A DNA stretch of 64,000 nt from Azolla caroliniana (Eukaryota; Plantae; Polypodiophyta). This document shows positions 24,633 to 36,847 of the stretch, piece by piece. Position 1 is the stretch's first letter; every line of letters starts with the position of its first letter. Under the pieces are notes generated by a model. That model was given only the letters and a program-made list of their open reading frames with translations. It ran no database searches and was not told where the DNA came from. The DNA lies in assembly GCA_043228905.1 (NCBI GenBank), contig JBHGNT010000002.1, positions 11,036,001 through 11,100,000 on the forward strand. Reading direction: 5' to 3'. Both the position numbers and the translations under genes were made by a program.

Positions 24633-25142
24633 TAGTCTACAAAATCATGTGTAGGTTTTCTTATAGTTGAATGTAATATGAATGAGAAGCTTGACGTCAT
24701 TCATCTAGGAGGTGGGAATGTGTTCAAAATGAGGTTAGATGACCTTGTTGAGTCATGTCTCCATAAAATGGAGACCCATAGGAAGTACGTTTAGTTGTTT
24801 ATGACATCATATATTAAATGGTTTACTATATTTTGTATAATTACATAAATGTCAAAATGAATAACAAAAAGAGTACATCATTCAAGGTCTACAATCATGA
24901 GAGTTCAAGACTAGGTGGTGATTGCTTTCACCTAGAGAACCCCCCCCCCCCCCCCCCACCCACTCTCCGAAAGTATGTAGCCTCATTTCACCTACAATTC
25001 AAAGTTTGTTTATGAGCTCAATTTTGTTTTGGATTCCATGTATTCTCAATTAACCCTCACACCCTTATCCTTGAGCGTTAGTTGCAATATAAGTTATTGT
25101 ATGCTCGTAACATAATCCAGTCATTAAGACATTGCATTTTTG

Positions 25143-28100
25143 TGTTAATGGTTTTTAGGGTTTGGGACGACGATTATGATGATAGTAGGGTAGTGATAGG
25201 GATGGAGAACATGAAGATGTTGACAAGCATTGAGGGGTGGCGGGTGGTGCCTAGAATGGCTCCACCCCCCTCCCAAGGGGGTTCAACGTAAGGGAAGAGA
25301 GACAGAGAAAGAGAGATGACAAGAGAGAGAGAGAGAGAGATTGAGAGAGAGTTATTCCTTTCCTCTTCATTCATTCCCCCTCAGACATTCATACCAATCA
25401 CTGACTCCCACCTCCTTGTATCCATCCACATGCACACAGTGTGCATAATTACTCACACTCACAATTACACTGACACATTTACACATACACATTAACAACA
25501 TTATAACATTCGACCCTCGATCATCACACTCTACATCTCCCATACATCCCAGACAGTAACACATTATGGCACACCCATGGGAGAGTGCCTTGCATGTCGA
25601 TCCCACTGTTACCCATAAGAATATATGGGGAGGCATAAGGGTATGTGTAATGATGTGGTTGATGTGTATGTGTAAAGTAAATGAGTGTGTGAGGATGAGT
25701 AAATGCCTTGATTGTCATTGTTGAGAATCAAGCTCAACTTGGTCTAGTGTGTGAACTCACCTTGAGAGTGAAGAGACACTCCAACGGTCAAGAGTCACCA
25801 TTGTGTCACCACTTTGTATTCTAGCATTTAGTATGAGTCATAGAATCATATTCTATAACACATAACTTATGAGCTTTCACATTCCCCATGCTTCATGAGG
25901 CTTGTAGTTAATGAAGAGAGAGGGTGACTACATAAAGCACCCTCCTCCCACCTTGTATAATGTTGAGTCTTTCTCCTTTGTCAATATACTTTTACCTTGC
26001 GTATTCCTTGTCTCTCTCACTCTCTCTCTCACTCTCTCATACACACACATAACTCATATCTCTTCTGCTTCACAAGAATAAATCTCTTGATTCTTTACAG
26101 TCATCTTTCTTCGACCGAAACTTCCATCGGTCCTTTCATCGATCGACTTCTTCGATTCGAATGCTTGACCCGAACATCGTCGTCGATCAGCGAATATTCC
26201 TCGACACGAACATTCTCATTTTGTCGACTCACGAACTTTGGTATCATCATTCGGGTCGTGAAAAAAATGTTGTGTGTATGTGTATTCTTCCTTTTATTTT
26301 CTAAGTTTTTGCGAGTTGATCTAGTCCATTTTCTCCATGTTGATGAGTTTTTAAAATTATGTATTATACCCTTAAATTTTTGGAAATTACGTTTGATACT
26401 CTGAAATGTTTAAAATTTAATGGATACCTTCATCTCCTTTTTTCCCTCTCTTTTTTTTCTGTTTTATTTTAGGTCTTTTTCTTTTTCTTTTTCTTCTGCA
26501 TTTCTTGCATTTCTTCCTCCTTTGGTTCTTTTTCCTCTTCTGTGTTGTTTCTTGTTTTCTTCTTCTGCTTCTCGCGTGCTTTCTTCTTCCTTCTGCCACT
26601 TTTTCTTCCTCTTCTCTGTTATGCTACCACTACCACTGCTTCGCTTTCCTCTTTGCTTCATCGTTTCTCTTCTTTCTTCTCTGCGATTTCTTCTTGTTCG
26701 ATGTCTTCTGCAAATCTTCTCTCTTTCTTCCTCTGTTTCTTCCACTTCTTCCTCGTTCTGTTTTGGCGTTTCGGGGTAGGAAGGAAACGCGACGTTCACT
26801 CTCCCTTTGCTTCCACGTCATCTCCCTCTACTGCTGTCGCCGTAGTTTCTGTTGGCCGGCCGTGGTTGTCCGTCTTTGTCCGGCCATCCGCTGTCCGTTT
26901 ATATGTCCAGCCATTTTCGTCTCCCGTCTCTGTGTCTGTCCGGCCCGTCCGGTTGCTCTTCCGCCATTCTCCGGCCGCTGTCCGGCTATCTCCGTTGTCG
27001 TCGTCTCTATCGGCTCGTCGCCATCGCTGTCCATTGCCTTTGTCGGCCGTCCATCTTTGTCACCGTTTTGCCCGTCGTCCGGTTGTCGGTGTCCTGCACC
27101 ATCGCCATCTGGATGTCGTCGTTGTCATCCCATCCGCGTCTGGATCTCTATCTCTGTCTTCGGATCCGTCTCCGGCCGTCGTCATTCTGCTGCCTGTCCA
27201 ACCGCTGCACTGGTACGCTACTGCCGTGCGTCCTTTCCGTCTTCCCGGTCATCTGTCCATTTCTCTGGCCCTAAACACCGACTGCTCCAGCCATTGTCCG
27301 GCTATTCTGGCCAGTTTCCGGCCCTTCTGGCCACTGTCCGGCCGTCATTCCAGTTGCTTTTCGGCCGTGTCACGTGTCACTTGAGTCGGTAGGCGTCCTT
27401 TTGGTCCGTCCATTCGACTATGTCCGTGCCTGTGCGGTCCAGCTTGTCCGGTTGCCTCATTCCCATTCGATAGTGTCGATCCGGTAGTCCATGTCTAGTG
27501 CATCTAGCTGTGTCTTTCCGGTGTTGTCTGTTTTTTCTGGCCGTCAATGTCTCCTTCTCTGTCTATGTTGGCCCTTCTTGTTAACCAACTCTGGTTCTGG
27601 TTGTCTCCGAGCCGCCGCTTCTGGAACCATCTCTTGTGAATTCTCAGCACTTCCTGCCGGCAATCGCTCCACACATTACTTCTTCCTTCGTAGTCTCCTG
27701 GTGGACTTCTCTTTCTGGTAGTGCTGGCACTGGTTCTTGTGCTACTTGTATCCGAAGTTTCTTTGTCAGTCCCTTCTCCGTCCTTGTTCGACTGGCCATG
27801 TCATTGTTCGACTTTGTCTTTTTGGTTGTCTCTCGCACCATGTTGTCCTGCACACGCACATTGTCGCTAACCGCACAGTTGCACATATGTCCGTTGCATA
27901 TCCTTCTGCGATGTCCTCTCACACAACATCACCGTGATGCATTCCTTGACCTCGACTATTTCCAATCACCATCACCATTTCCCTCACATTGTCCATTTGA
28001 TTTCTTGCACATTATGGCCACCATTCTCGCACAATTCCCATTCTCGCACAATTCGTCATTACCATGTCTCTACTGCGTAGTGGTAGTCTTCGACATAATC

Positions 28101-28591
28101 TCCAAATTTGGGTCGCCTTAGTGGTTGCCAAAGTAGTGTTAATGGTTTTTAGGGTTTGGGATGGCGATTATGATGATAATAGGGTAGTGATAAGGATGGA
28201 GAACATGAAGATGTTGGGGCTGGTGCCTAGAATGGCTCCACTCCCCTCCCAAGGGGGTTCAACGTAAGGGAAGAGAGAGAAAGAGAGATGACAAGAGACA
28301 TAGAGAGATTGAGAGAGAACTATTCCACTCCTCTCATTCATTCCCCATAAGGGGTTAAATAGTTACAAAAGGGTAGATACACAGCGTTGCAAGCCCCCTC
28401 GGACATTCACGCAAATCACTCACTCAAACGTCTTCGTATCCATCCACATGCACACACGTGTGCATGTGTACACAACGTAATTACTCACTCACAATTACAC
28501 TAGCACATTTATACATACACATTAACAACATTATAGCATTTGACCCTCGCTCATCACACTTTACATCTCTTGTACATCCCATACGGTAACA
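25143..28591 (-). mobile_element. Non-autonomous, non-coding LTR element E
   Basis: LTRs 25143-25561 and 28137-28591 (TGTTA..TAACA). TSD TTTTG at 25138-25142 and 28592-28596, with the empty site visible in the paralog at 35197-35201. Strand inferred from TATA-like and CT-rich order. Confidence 0.9.
25719..26099 (+). mobile_element. Copia-type solo LTR inside E
   Basis: Starts TGTTGAGAATCAAGCTCAAC like the J LTR and ends TTTACA. TSD GTCAT at 25714-25718 and 26100-26104. Confidence 0.9.
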
Positions 28592-28597
28592 TTTTGC

Positions 28598-29995
28598 AAC
28601 ATGAAAAGCTAGGGAAGTTAGTTGCAAAAATTTTGTTTTCTTGTTCCCATATGACATCTTTAAGGGAATTATACATCCATTTAGTTTTTAAATCTTGGAT
28701 TGTTTTGGAGCTTAGCTGTTTTGTTTTAACTTCAATATTTCTTTCTAGTACATTTAGTTGAGAAGCTAAATCGTATTGAAAACTAACTAGAGGCTCCCCA
28801 CATCACGGCGAACACTCGGGGGGAGGTGAGCACTTGGAGGGATGTGAACTCTCAGAGGATGTTGGACTGTCGGAGTGATGCAAACTTTAGGAGGGCCGGG
28901 AACTCTTGGTGGGACACTCATACTAGATGAGCATTACTAGTCTTTGAATTTTAACTTCAAAAAATTGAAAATGATGCCAATGAAAGGTAATGACGCTTTA
29001 CGTTGGATGTCTTCGAATTGCTAGAAATTTTGAAGGCCTATTGTAATAACTAATCTGGGACGACGGTAGCCAAGAATCCCAAAAAGATGGATCCAAACAT
29101 ACACGTTAGAGCTTGACATCAATCCATAATAGACTTGGTTGTAGCCAAAGAAATGATCATACAATACATGTAAACTATGACTATATTGGTTGATTCCTTA
29201 ACAGAAATGGCCTTGGGTCAAAACCATACGATGCATTGTCCCAGAAATATTGGATCTAGTGTATTATAATAAACTAAGAAGAAATAAATTAGTTATGTGA
29301 AGGGTTGTGTCAAAACAATATTAAAACGGGCGTTTTGGAAAAAAATAAATGTGAGAAACTTTATATAGAATTAAGGAATTGTGAAATTTTAGAAATCACG
29401 TAAGAACCACCAAGATTCGCATAGTACTACCTTTTTAACATGATATCTCTACAAATAGGAGATTACTTCGAATACTCACATGGGTTTCCTTCCTATCAAA
29501 CCTTTGTGCGCACAAGCTTGCGTCATTGACATAGTGTCTGCAATTGATCAAGGATGTGGGGGAAATATCGAAAACTCTGAGGCCTTTTGGGAAAAAATCA
29601 CTAGTGTGTTTTATTGAAATTTGAAGGTTATGGATGCATGGTCCTTGATGGGGGGCCCCCTCCATGGTCATGGATGGGTGATGCCTTGATTGTGGATAGA
29701 TTATGTTGTGTCATAAAGAGGAGAAATAAGACTTTTAAAAATTGGAGCTTAATGTAGGTGACATAATCTAGCCTTCATTAAAAAAGTTCATGTGTCAAGT
29801 TAACAAGATTTATGCATAACACATGCTTGCCAAAAGAAAATCTTGATTATAAAATGAGACCAATAATCATAAGGAGATGTCTTAAGGTTAATGCCAACGG
29901 AACACCCCCTGGAGGATTGAGAGGGTATATATGGAAATTCGTTAAAAGATTGAAGACTACAATAGGGAGAAATGCCTTGACCTCCTCACAATTTT
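28598..29995 (+). repeat. 1.4-kb direct repeat, copy 1
   Basis: Matches 35203-36600 at a constant offset of 6605, with about 5 substitutions seen. Confidence 0.97.
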
Positions 29996-29999
29996 TAAA

Positions 30000-30470
30000 G
30001 TAATCCTACAAGGGGAAGAAATTTTGGGACGAATCATTGATGGTGGCTCTGGGGTGAATGTCATCACCAAAGCCACCTTCCTGCAACCACCTGAGCATCG
30101 CAAATTAGGAAGCATGCCTATTCCGGCCGGGTACACATGGCGGATTCCAGATCCGTTTGACAAGTAGGGTTGTTGCGCAAATTGGCGATCGTGATCGAGG
30201 AACATATGTTCGAAATATCGGCGGTAGTCTTCCCTCTTCATACTTTTTACTACTAGGATGACCATGGTTTACGTTGGGCAAACAACAACATCTGCTTTCG
30301 ACGAAGAAGAACGAAAATTTGGGTGCGGAAGCAGGAAAGTGCACCGCTAACAAAGGCCAAGACTCCGCTTTACGCAGAGGAAATCCACATGCTTGAGGAA
30401 CTAGACGAGGAGGAGTTGGAGAATTATTTGCGGAAAACCCTTGGAATGAGGAAATGCAAACATTCTCCAA
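30000..30470 (+). pseudogene. Gypsy aspartic protease fragment
   Basis: IIDGGSGVNVI and LLGxPWLR motifs. Confidence 0.65.
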
Positions 30471-30489
30471 GAATGAGATCCCGTCCCTT

Positions 30490-33400
30490 CTTCAAACAAC
30501 CAAAAGGCAATTGGATGTCGGTGGATATTCAAGGTAAAGCACAACGCTGAAGACACTGTCCATCGGTACAAGGCCCAACTTGTGGCGAAGGGCTATGCAC
30601 AGACAAATGCATAGTGTTGACTACAAAGAGGCCTTTGCCCCTCGGCAAAGATGACTACAATTCAAACCATGATCGCGCTTGCAACATCAAAAGGGTGGCA
30701 TCTCCACCAAATGGACGTAAATAACGCCTTTCTAGAAGACGAGTTAGATGAAGATGTGTACATGGTGCAACCACCCCGATTCATGTGAACTATGCATCTG
30801 ACTACTGTATGCCAACTCAAAAAGCCACTCTACTGCGTTGAGCCGGTATCGAGATCATGACATTTGAAGATAATGCAATATCTTCATGAAATCGGGTTCA
30901 ACATGTCCAAGTCCGACAACTCTTTCTTCATTTGGAGTGACTCCAGAGGATAGGTATTCATCGTCATTTTTTTAAAACTTTTTTTTCCCACAAAAACTAT
31001 ACTCCATTGGTATTAAAATTAACAATGCCAAAGGCAATTTACAATTTGTACATAATAGTTTCTACTCCACAAGTTTCTATAAAAAAACCAAATATAAACG
31101 ATGGCGTTTGGCAAGATAAGCCTAATTATGTCCATGAAAACTCTCTCAGCCTTTGCCAACAAGACCCATTCACAACCTATAAACAAATTCCTGTGGTCCA
31201 AGAGAATACATATGTTTACATATCTTGGTGGTAATCCTAGTCAACATATCCCGGCTATCCACCCTGGCTACTAGACTAAAAACTCCTCATATGCCTTTTA
31301 TTTTGCCAATACTGGAGTTGTTCACCATCACCTGATTGCCCACTAGGGTGATGCTATTTGACAAATGTTTTGTACCAACAGTTGAAGACACCAAAATAGT
31401 CCATGATGCACCTGACACTTGGGTAAAATGTGATGGGCTGCCTTAGATAGCCCCCATGTATCATCTCCCAAACCAAAAATGTATCATCTCCCAAATCAAA
31501 ACGACCATGTCCTTCATCTCCATGAAAATTGAAATGTACTTGTAATAATCTCCCTATAAACAAGATGAACTATGTCCTCCACACCTCCCACCATCTGCTT
31601 CAATCCCCACACCATCTTCACTCTTAAGAATAGACAAATTGCTTCATTCAGTCCACATCAACCATCTCGCCGAATACCACCAATGTCCTGTGCAATTAAC
31701 AACAAAATAAGTAAAAAATGATTCCTCATCCCCTCACGATCTTCTTTAGCCCTCACACCAACACCACTCATCCTCTCGTCGTGACAAACATGCTTCAAAT
31801 CCCATTGCCATCATCCCGCAACCTATGAGAACTATAGTATCCTCTTAACTCAGTCCATATTCGGAGCATCTTGCTGACCCTATTCCATCTCATCGATTAC
31901 CGCGATCCTGTACTAACAGCCAAAAATGAGTGAAAAACAATTCCTCACCTTCTCATAATAATCTACTTCAGCCCCCACACCAACATCACTAATCATGATC
32001 ACAAAAACAGAAAACCGGCTTTGTCATGTCCCAATCTACCATCTATCTCCGATTCTCTCAGGATTCCCACCTATTATTGCTAAAATCCACCGAGGTCCTT
32101 CTCATAATAATCTGCGACAACCCCCACCAACATCAGTCATCCTGATCACAAAAACAGAAAACCAATTTCCTCATGTCCACATCCACCATCTCGATGTCTT
32201 CGATTATCATAGGAATTCCGCCTCATACCACTAAAATCCTTCTTATACTACTCTGCATCCACACCTCACACCATCTGCTTCAATCCCCACACCATCTTCA
32301 CTCTTAAGAATAGACAAATTGCTTCATTCAGTCCACATCAACCATCTCGCCGAATATCACCAATGTCCTGTGCAATTAACAACAAAATAAGTGAAAAATG
32401 GTTCCGCATCCCCTCATGATCTGCTACGGTCCCCCCCACCATCATCACTCCTAAAAACAGACAAATTGCTTTGGTATTCATTGTCATTTATGCGGATGAC
32501 TTCGTCATAGGAAGAGAGCATTTAGGAGATATTGACCACATCAAGAAACTCCTCTCTAGTCGATTCGAAATGACCGATATGAAGGAGCTCCATTACTTTC
32601 TAGGAATAGAAGTAATTCGGACTTGAGACGGCATCATGCTTTTTCAAAAGCACTATATTCTCAATCTTCTTTACAAGTTTGGGATGACACAATGCAAGTC
32701 CGTCACTACTCCTCTCGATCAAAATCTAAAGCTAGATGCCGACTCAGGCACAGGAGAGTGTGAGCCAATGCACTATCGTTAACTAGTCGAAAGCCTCATC
32801 TACCTCACAATTATCCGACCCGACCTGAATTACCCGGTCGGCCTTCCTAGTCAGTTCATGCAAACTCCCTGAGACATCCATCTCAATTGTGCTAAGTGAG
32901 TGCTAAGGTATGTGAGTTGAACCATGGAGTTCGGCATCCTTTACAAATCAACCACACCCATACGACTTGTAGGATATACCGATGCCAATTGGGCCGGATA
33001 CAGATCCGACTGACGATCGACATCCATATTTGTTTTCTCTCTCGACAACGGCGCCATAACGGGGAGTAGTAAGAAATAGCCGATAGCTGCATTGTCGACC
33101 ACCGGAGCTGAATACAGGGGCACAGCCGTAGCCACATGTGAAGTCGTTTGGCTCAAGAGAATCTTGAAGGATCTGGGCATTCCCATCAAGGATCCAATTC
33201 TCCTCTACTGCGACAACATGAGCAGTATCCACCTCGTTCAGAACCAAGTCTTCCATGCTCAGACTAAGCACATCAAAGTGCACTATCACTTCATCCAAGA
33301 GCGTGTTATGGCCGGGGATATCCACCTGCAACACATCAACACAAACCTACAGACGATTGACATCTTCACCAAGGCCCTTAGAGTCAACAAGTTGTGACAG

Positions 33401-33803
33401 TTCATGACGAACCTAGGTCTTTCGACCATAGATCAGCTAAGCTTGAGGGGGAGTAAGGAGCAACATGAGTGTACCGTCTGAAGACCAATCCGACGATCCA
33501 ACAACCGGAAGTTTTTTTTGAAGAGGTGTTGACAATCAAACTCAACTTCCCGTGAGTGGGAATACACTCTAGGACACTCAAGTGTGTGAACACCCCACCT
33601 CCTAGTATAGTAACTAGTGTGCCATAAATGTTAATGTCCTATTACCCATATTCCTTAAGTAGTTAATGTCCCAAGAGGTAGTACTAGTGAGAGAACTTAG
33701 AGAGAAGATGACTACATAAGCACCTTCTCTCTCTCTTTGTAACTGTTGTTTAATCTTGCTTTCTTTGGAATACAGTTTTCTGATTTTCTGTAATCGTGAC
33801 CTT

Positions 33804-33835
<32 letters not shown>

Positions 33836-33874
33836 CAATTCTTCCACTGCACAAAATCCATCTGATTCATTACA
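30490..33874 (+). mobile_element. Degenerate copia RT-RNase H plus 3' LTR (33527-33874), interrupted by a non-LTR insertion
   Basis: [24 protein letters not shown] and QTKHIKVHYHF remnants. Confidence 0.85.
30970..32472 (-). mobile_element. Non-LTR (TPRT-type) retroposed insertion with internal repeats
   Basis: 17-bp TSD GGTATTCAT(C/T)GTCATTT at 30953-30969 and 32473-32489. T-rich tail at the left end. Internal duplication at about 31578-31740 and 32258-32420. Confidence 0.75.
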
Positions 33875-35202
33875 ATATACACATACACATATACATATAC
33901 ATACACATACAAACATACACACACATACACATACCCATACAAATGCACATAATCTACAAAATCATGTGTAGGTTTTCTTATAGTTGAATGTAATATCAAT
34001 GAGAAGGTTGATGTGGTTCATCTAGGAGGTGGGATTGTGTTCAAAATGAGGTTAGATGACCTTGTTGAGTCGTGTCTCCATGAAATGGGGACCCATAGGA
34101 AGTATGTGTAGTTATTTATGACATCTTATATTAAATGGTTTACTATATTTTGTATAACTATATAAATCATGTCAAAAAGAAGAAGAAAAAGAGTACATCA
34201 TTCAAGGTCTACCATCATGAGAGTTCAAGACCGGGTGGTGAAGGAAAACAATCTTGAAGGAGACCTTGCTTTTCTTGTGGCATAAGCAGGATTGTGTGAG
34301 GTACAATCTATAGTGAATCTCCATTCTATATAACTTGTAGTTAGTTGATAATTTGCAAATTATAATATAATATGTAGCATTAAAAGTAAAACTGAGTCAT
34401 AACGGAGTCAAACCCCTCGAAGCAAAAGATGATTGCTTTCACCTAGAGACCCCCCTCCCCACCCTCCCAAAGTATGTACCCCTCGAAGCAAAAGATGATT
34501 GTTCCCATATGACATCTTTAAGGGAATTATACATCCATTTAGTTTTAAAATCATGGATTGTTTTGGAGCTTAGATGTTTTGTTTTAACTTCAATATTTCT
34601 TTCTAGTACATTTAGTTGAGAAGCTGAATCGTATGGAAACTAACTAGAGGTTCCCCACATCACGGCAAAGACTCGGGAGGAGGTGAGCGCTTGCAAGGAT
34701 GTGAGCACTTAGAGGGATGTGAAATCTCAGAGGCTGTTGGACTCTCGGAGTGATGCAAAACATGAAAGGTCTACAATCATGAGAGTTCAAGACTGGGTGG
34801 TGAAGGAAGATAATGTTGTAGGAGACCGTGCTTTTCTTGCGGCATAGGCGGGATCGTGTGAGGTACAATCTATAGTGAATCCATTCTATATAACTTATAG
34901 TTAGTTAATAGTTTGTAAATTATAATAAAATATGTAGCATTAAAAGTAAAATTGAGTCATAGGGGAGTCAAACCCCTCAAAGCAAAGGATGATTGCTTTC
35001 ACCATTAAAACCCCCTCCCCACCCTCTCAAAGTATGTAGCCTCACTTCACCTACAATTCAAAGTTTGTTTACGAGCTCAATTTTGTTTTGGATTCCATGT
35101 ATTCTCAATTAACCCTTGCACTCTTATCCTTGAGTGTTAGTTGCAATATAAGTTATTCTATGCCTGTAACATAATCCACTGATTAAGACATTGCACTTTT
35201 GA

Positions 35203-36600
35203 AACATGAAAAGCTAGGGAAGTTAGTTGCAAAAATTTTGTTTTCTTGTTCCCATATGACATCTTTAAGGGAATTATACATCCATTTAGTTTTTAAATCT
35301 TGGATTGTTTTGGAGCTTAGCTGTTTTGTTTTAACTTCAATATTTCTTTCTAGTACATTTAGTTGAGAAGCTAAATCGTATTGAAAACTAACTAGAGGCT
35401 CCCCACATCACGGCGAACACTCGGGGGGAGGTGAGCACTTGGAGGGATGTGAACTCTCAGAGGATGTTGGACTGTCGGAGTGATGCAAACTTTAGGAGGG
35501 CCGGGAACTCTTGGTGGGACACTCATACTAGATGAGCATTACTAGTCTTTGAATTTTAACTTCAAAAAATTGAAAATGATGCCAATGAAAGGTAATGACG
35601 CTTTACGTTGGATGTCTTCGAATTGCTAGAAATTTTGAAGGCCTATTGTAATAACTAATCTGGGACGACGTTAGCCAAGAATCCCAAAAAGATGGATCCA
35701 AACATAGACGCTAGAGCTTGACATCAATCCATAATAGACTTGGTTGTAGCCAAAGAAACGATCATACAATACATGTAAACTATGACTATATTGGTTGATT
35801 CCTTAACAGAAATGGCCTTGGGTCAAAACCATACGATGCATTGTCCCAGAAATATTGGATCTAGTGTATTATAATAAACTAAGAAGAAATACATTAGTTA
35901 TGTGAAGGGTTGTGTCAAAACAATATTAAAACGGGCGTTTTGGAAAAAAATAAATGTGAGAAACTTTATATAGAATTAAGGAATTGTGAAATTTTAGAAA
36001 TCACGTAAGAACCACCAAGATTCGCATAGTACTACCTTTTTAACATGATATCTCTACAAATAGGAGATTACTTCGAATACTCACATGGGTTTCCTTCCTA
36101 TCAAACCTTTGTGCGCACAAGCTTGCGTCATTGACATAGTGTCTGCAATTGATCAAGGATGTGGGGGAAATATCGAAAACTCTGAGGCCTTTTGGGAAAA
36201 AATCACTAGTGTGTTTTATTGAAATTTGAAGGTTATGGATGCATGGTCCTTGATGGGGGGCCCCCTCCATGGTCATGGATGGGTGATGCCTTGATTGTGG
36301 ATAGATTATGTTGTGTCATAAAGAGGAGAAATAAGACTTTTAAAAATTGGAGCTTAATGTAGGTGACATAATCTAGCCTTCATTAAAAAAGTTCATGTGT
36401 CAAGTTAACAAGATTTATGCATAACACATGCTTGCCAAAAGAAAATCTTGATTATAAAATGAGACCAATAATCATAAGGAGATGTCTTAAGGTTAATGCC
36501 AACGGAACACCCCCTGGAGGATTGAGAGGGTATATATGGAAATTCGTTAAAAGATTGAAGACTACAATAGGGAGAAATGCCTTGACCTCCTCACAATTTT
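35203..36600 (+). repeat. 1.4-kb direct repeat, copy 2, in the 3' flank of the PME gene
   Basis: Identical spurious ORFs at 29435-29671 and 36040-36276 confirm the offset. Confidence 0.97.
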
Positions 36601-36847
36601 AGTGTTGGCTATTGGTGAGTAAATATTAGGGTATAGTGGACGTTGAGAGATGGACCCTCATATGAGCAGTGATCTTTTGGGGATGGGCATTATTCTCCAA
36701 AGTCTCATTATCTTTTGGGGATGAGCATTATTCTTTGTTTTTAAAATTCTGGGAATGAATGGAGGATTGAATTGCAATTGATGACTTTAATTTGTTGGGG
36801 GTAGTACTTGTTGGTCATAGAGAGGTATGGGTATGGATGGGCCCATA

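Noticed and set aside
26417-27392. Long overlapping ORFs (up to 295 aa) inside element E
   Set aside because: Low-complexity C/T- and GC-rich DNA poor in stop codons, open in several frames, with no domain motifs.
25143-28591. DIRS/Ngaro tyrosine-recombinase element, suggested by the inverted LTR fragment at 25607
   Set aside because: TG..CA direct LTRs with a 5-bp TSD indicate DDE integrase. The inverted piece matches another subfamily's LTR end.
29435-30003. Duplicated small ORFs as a tandem gene pair
   Set aside because: Short, motif-free ORFs that are identical only because the DNA is duplicated.
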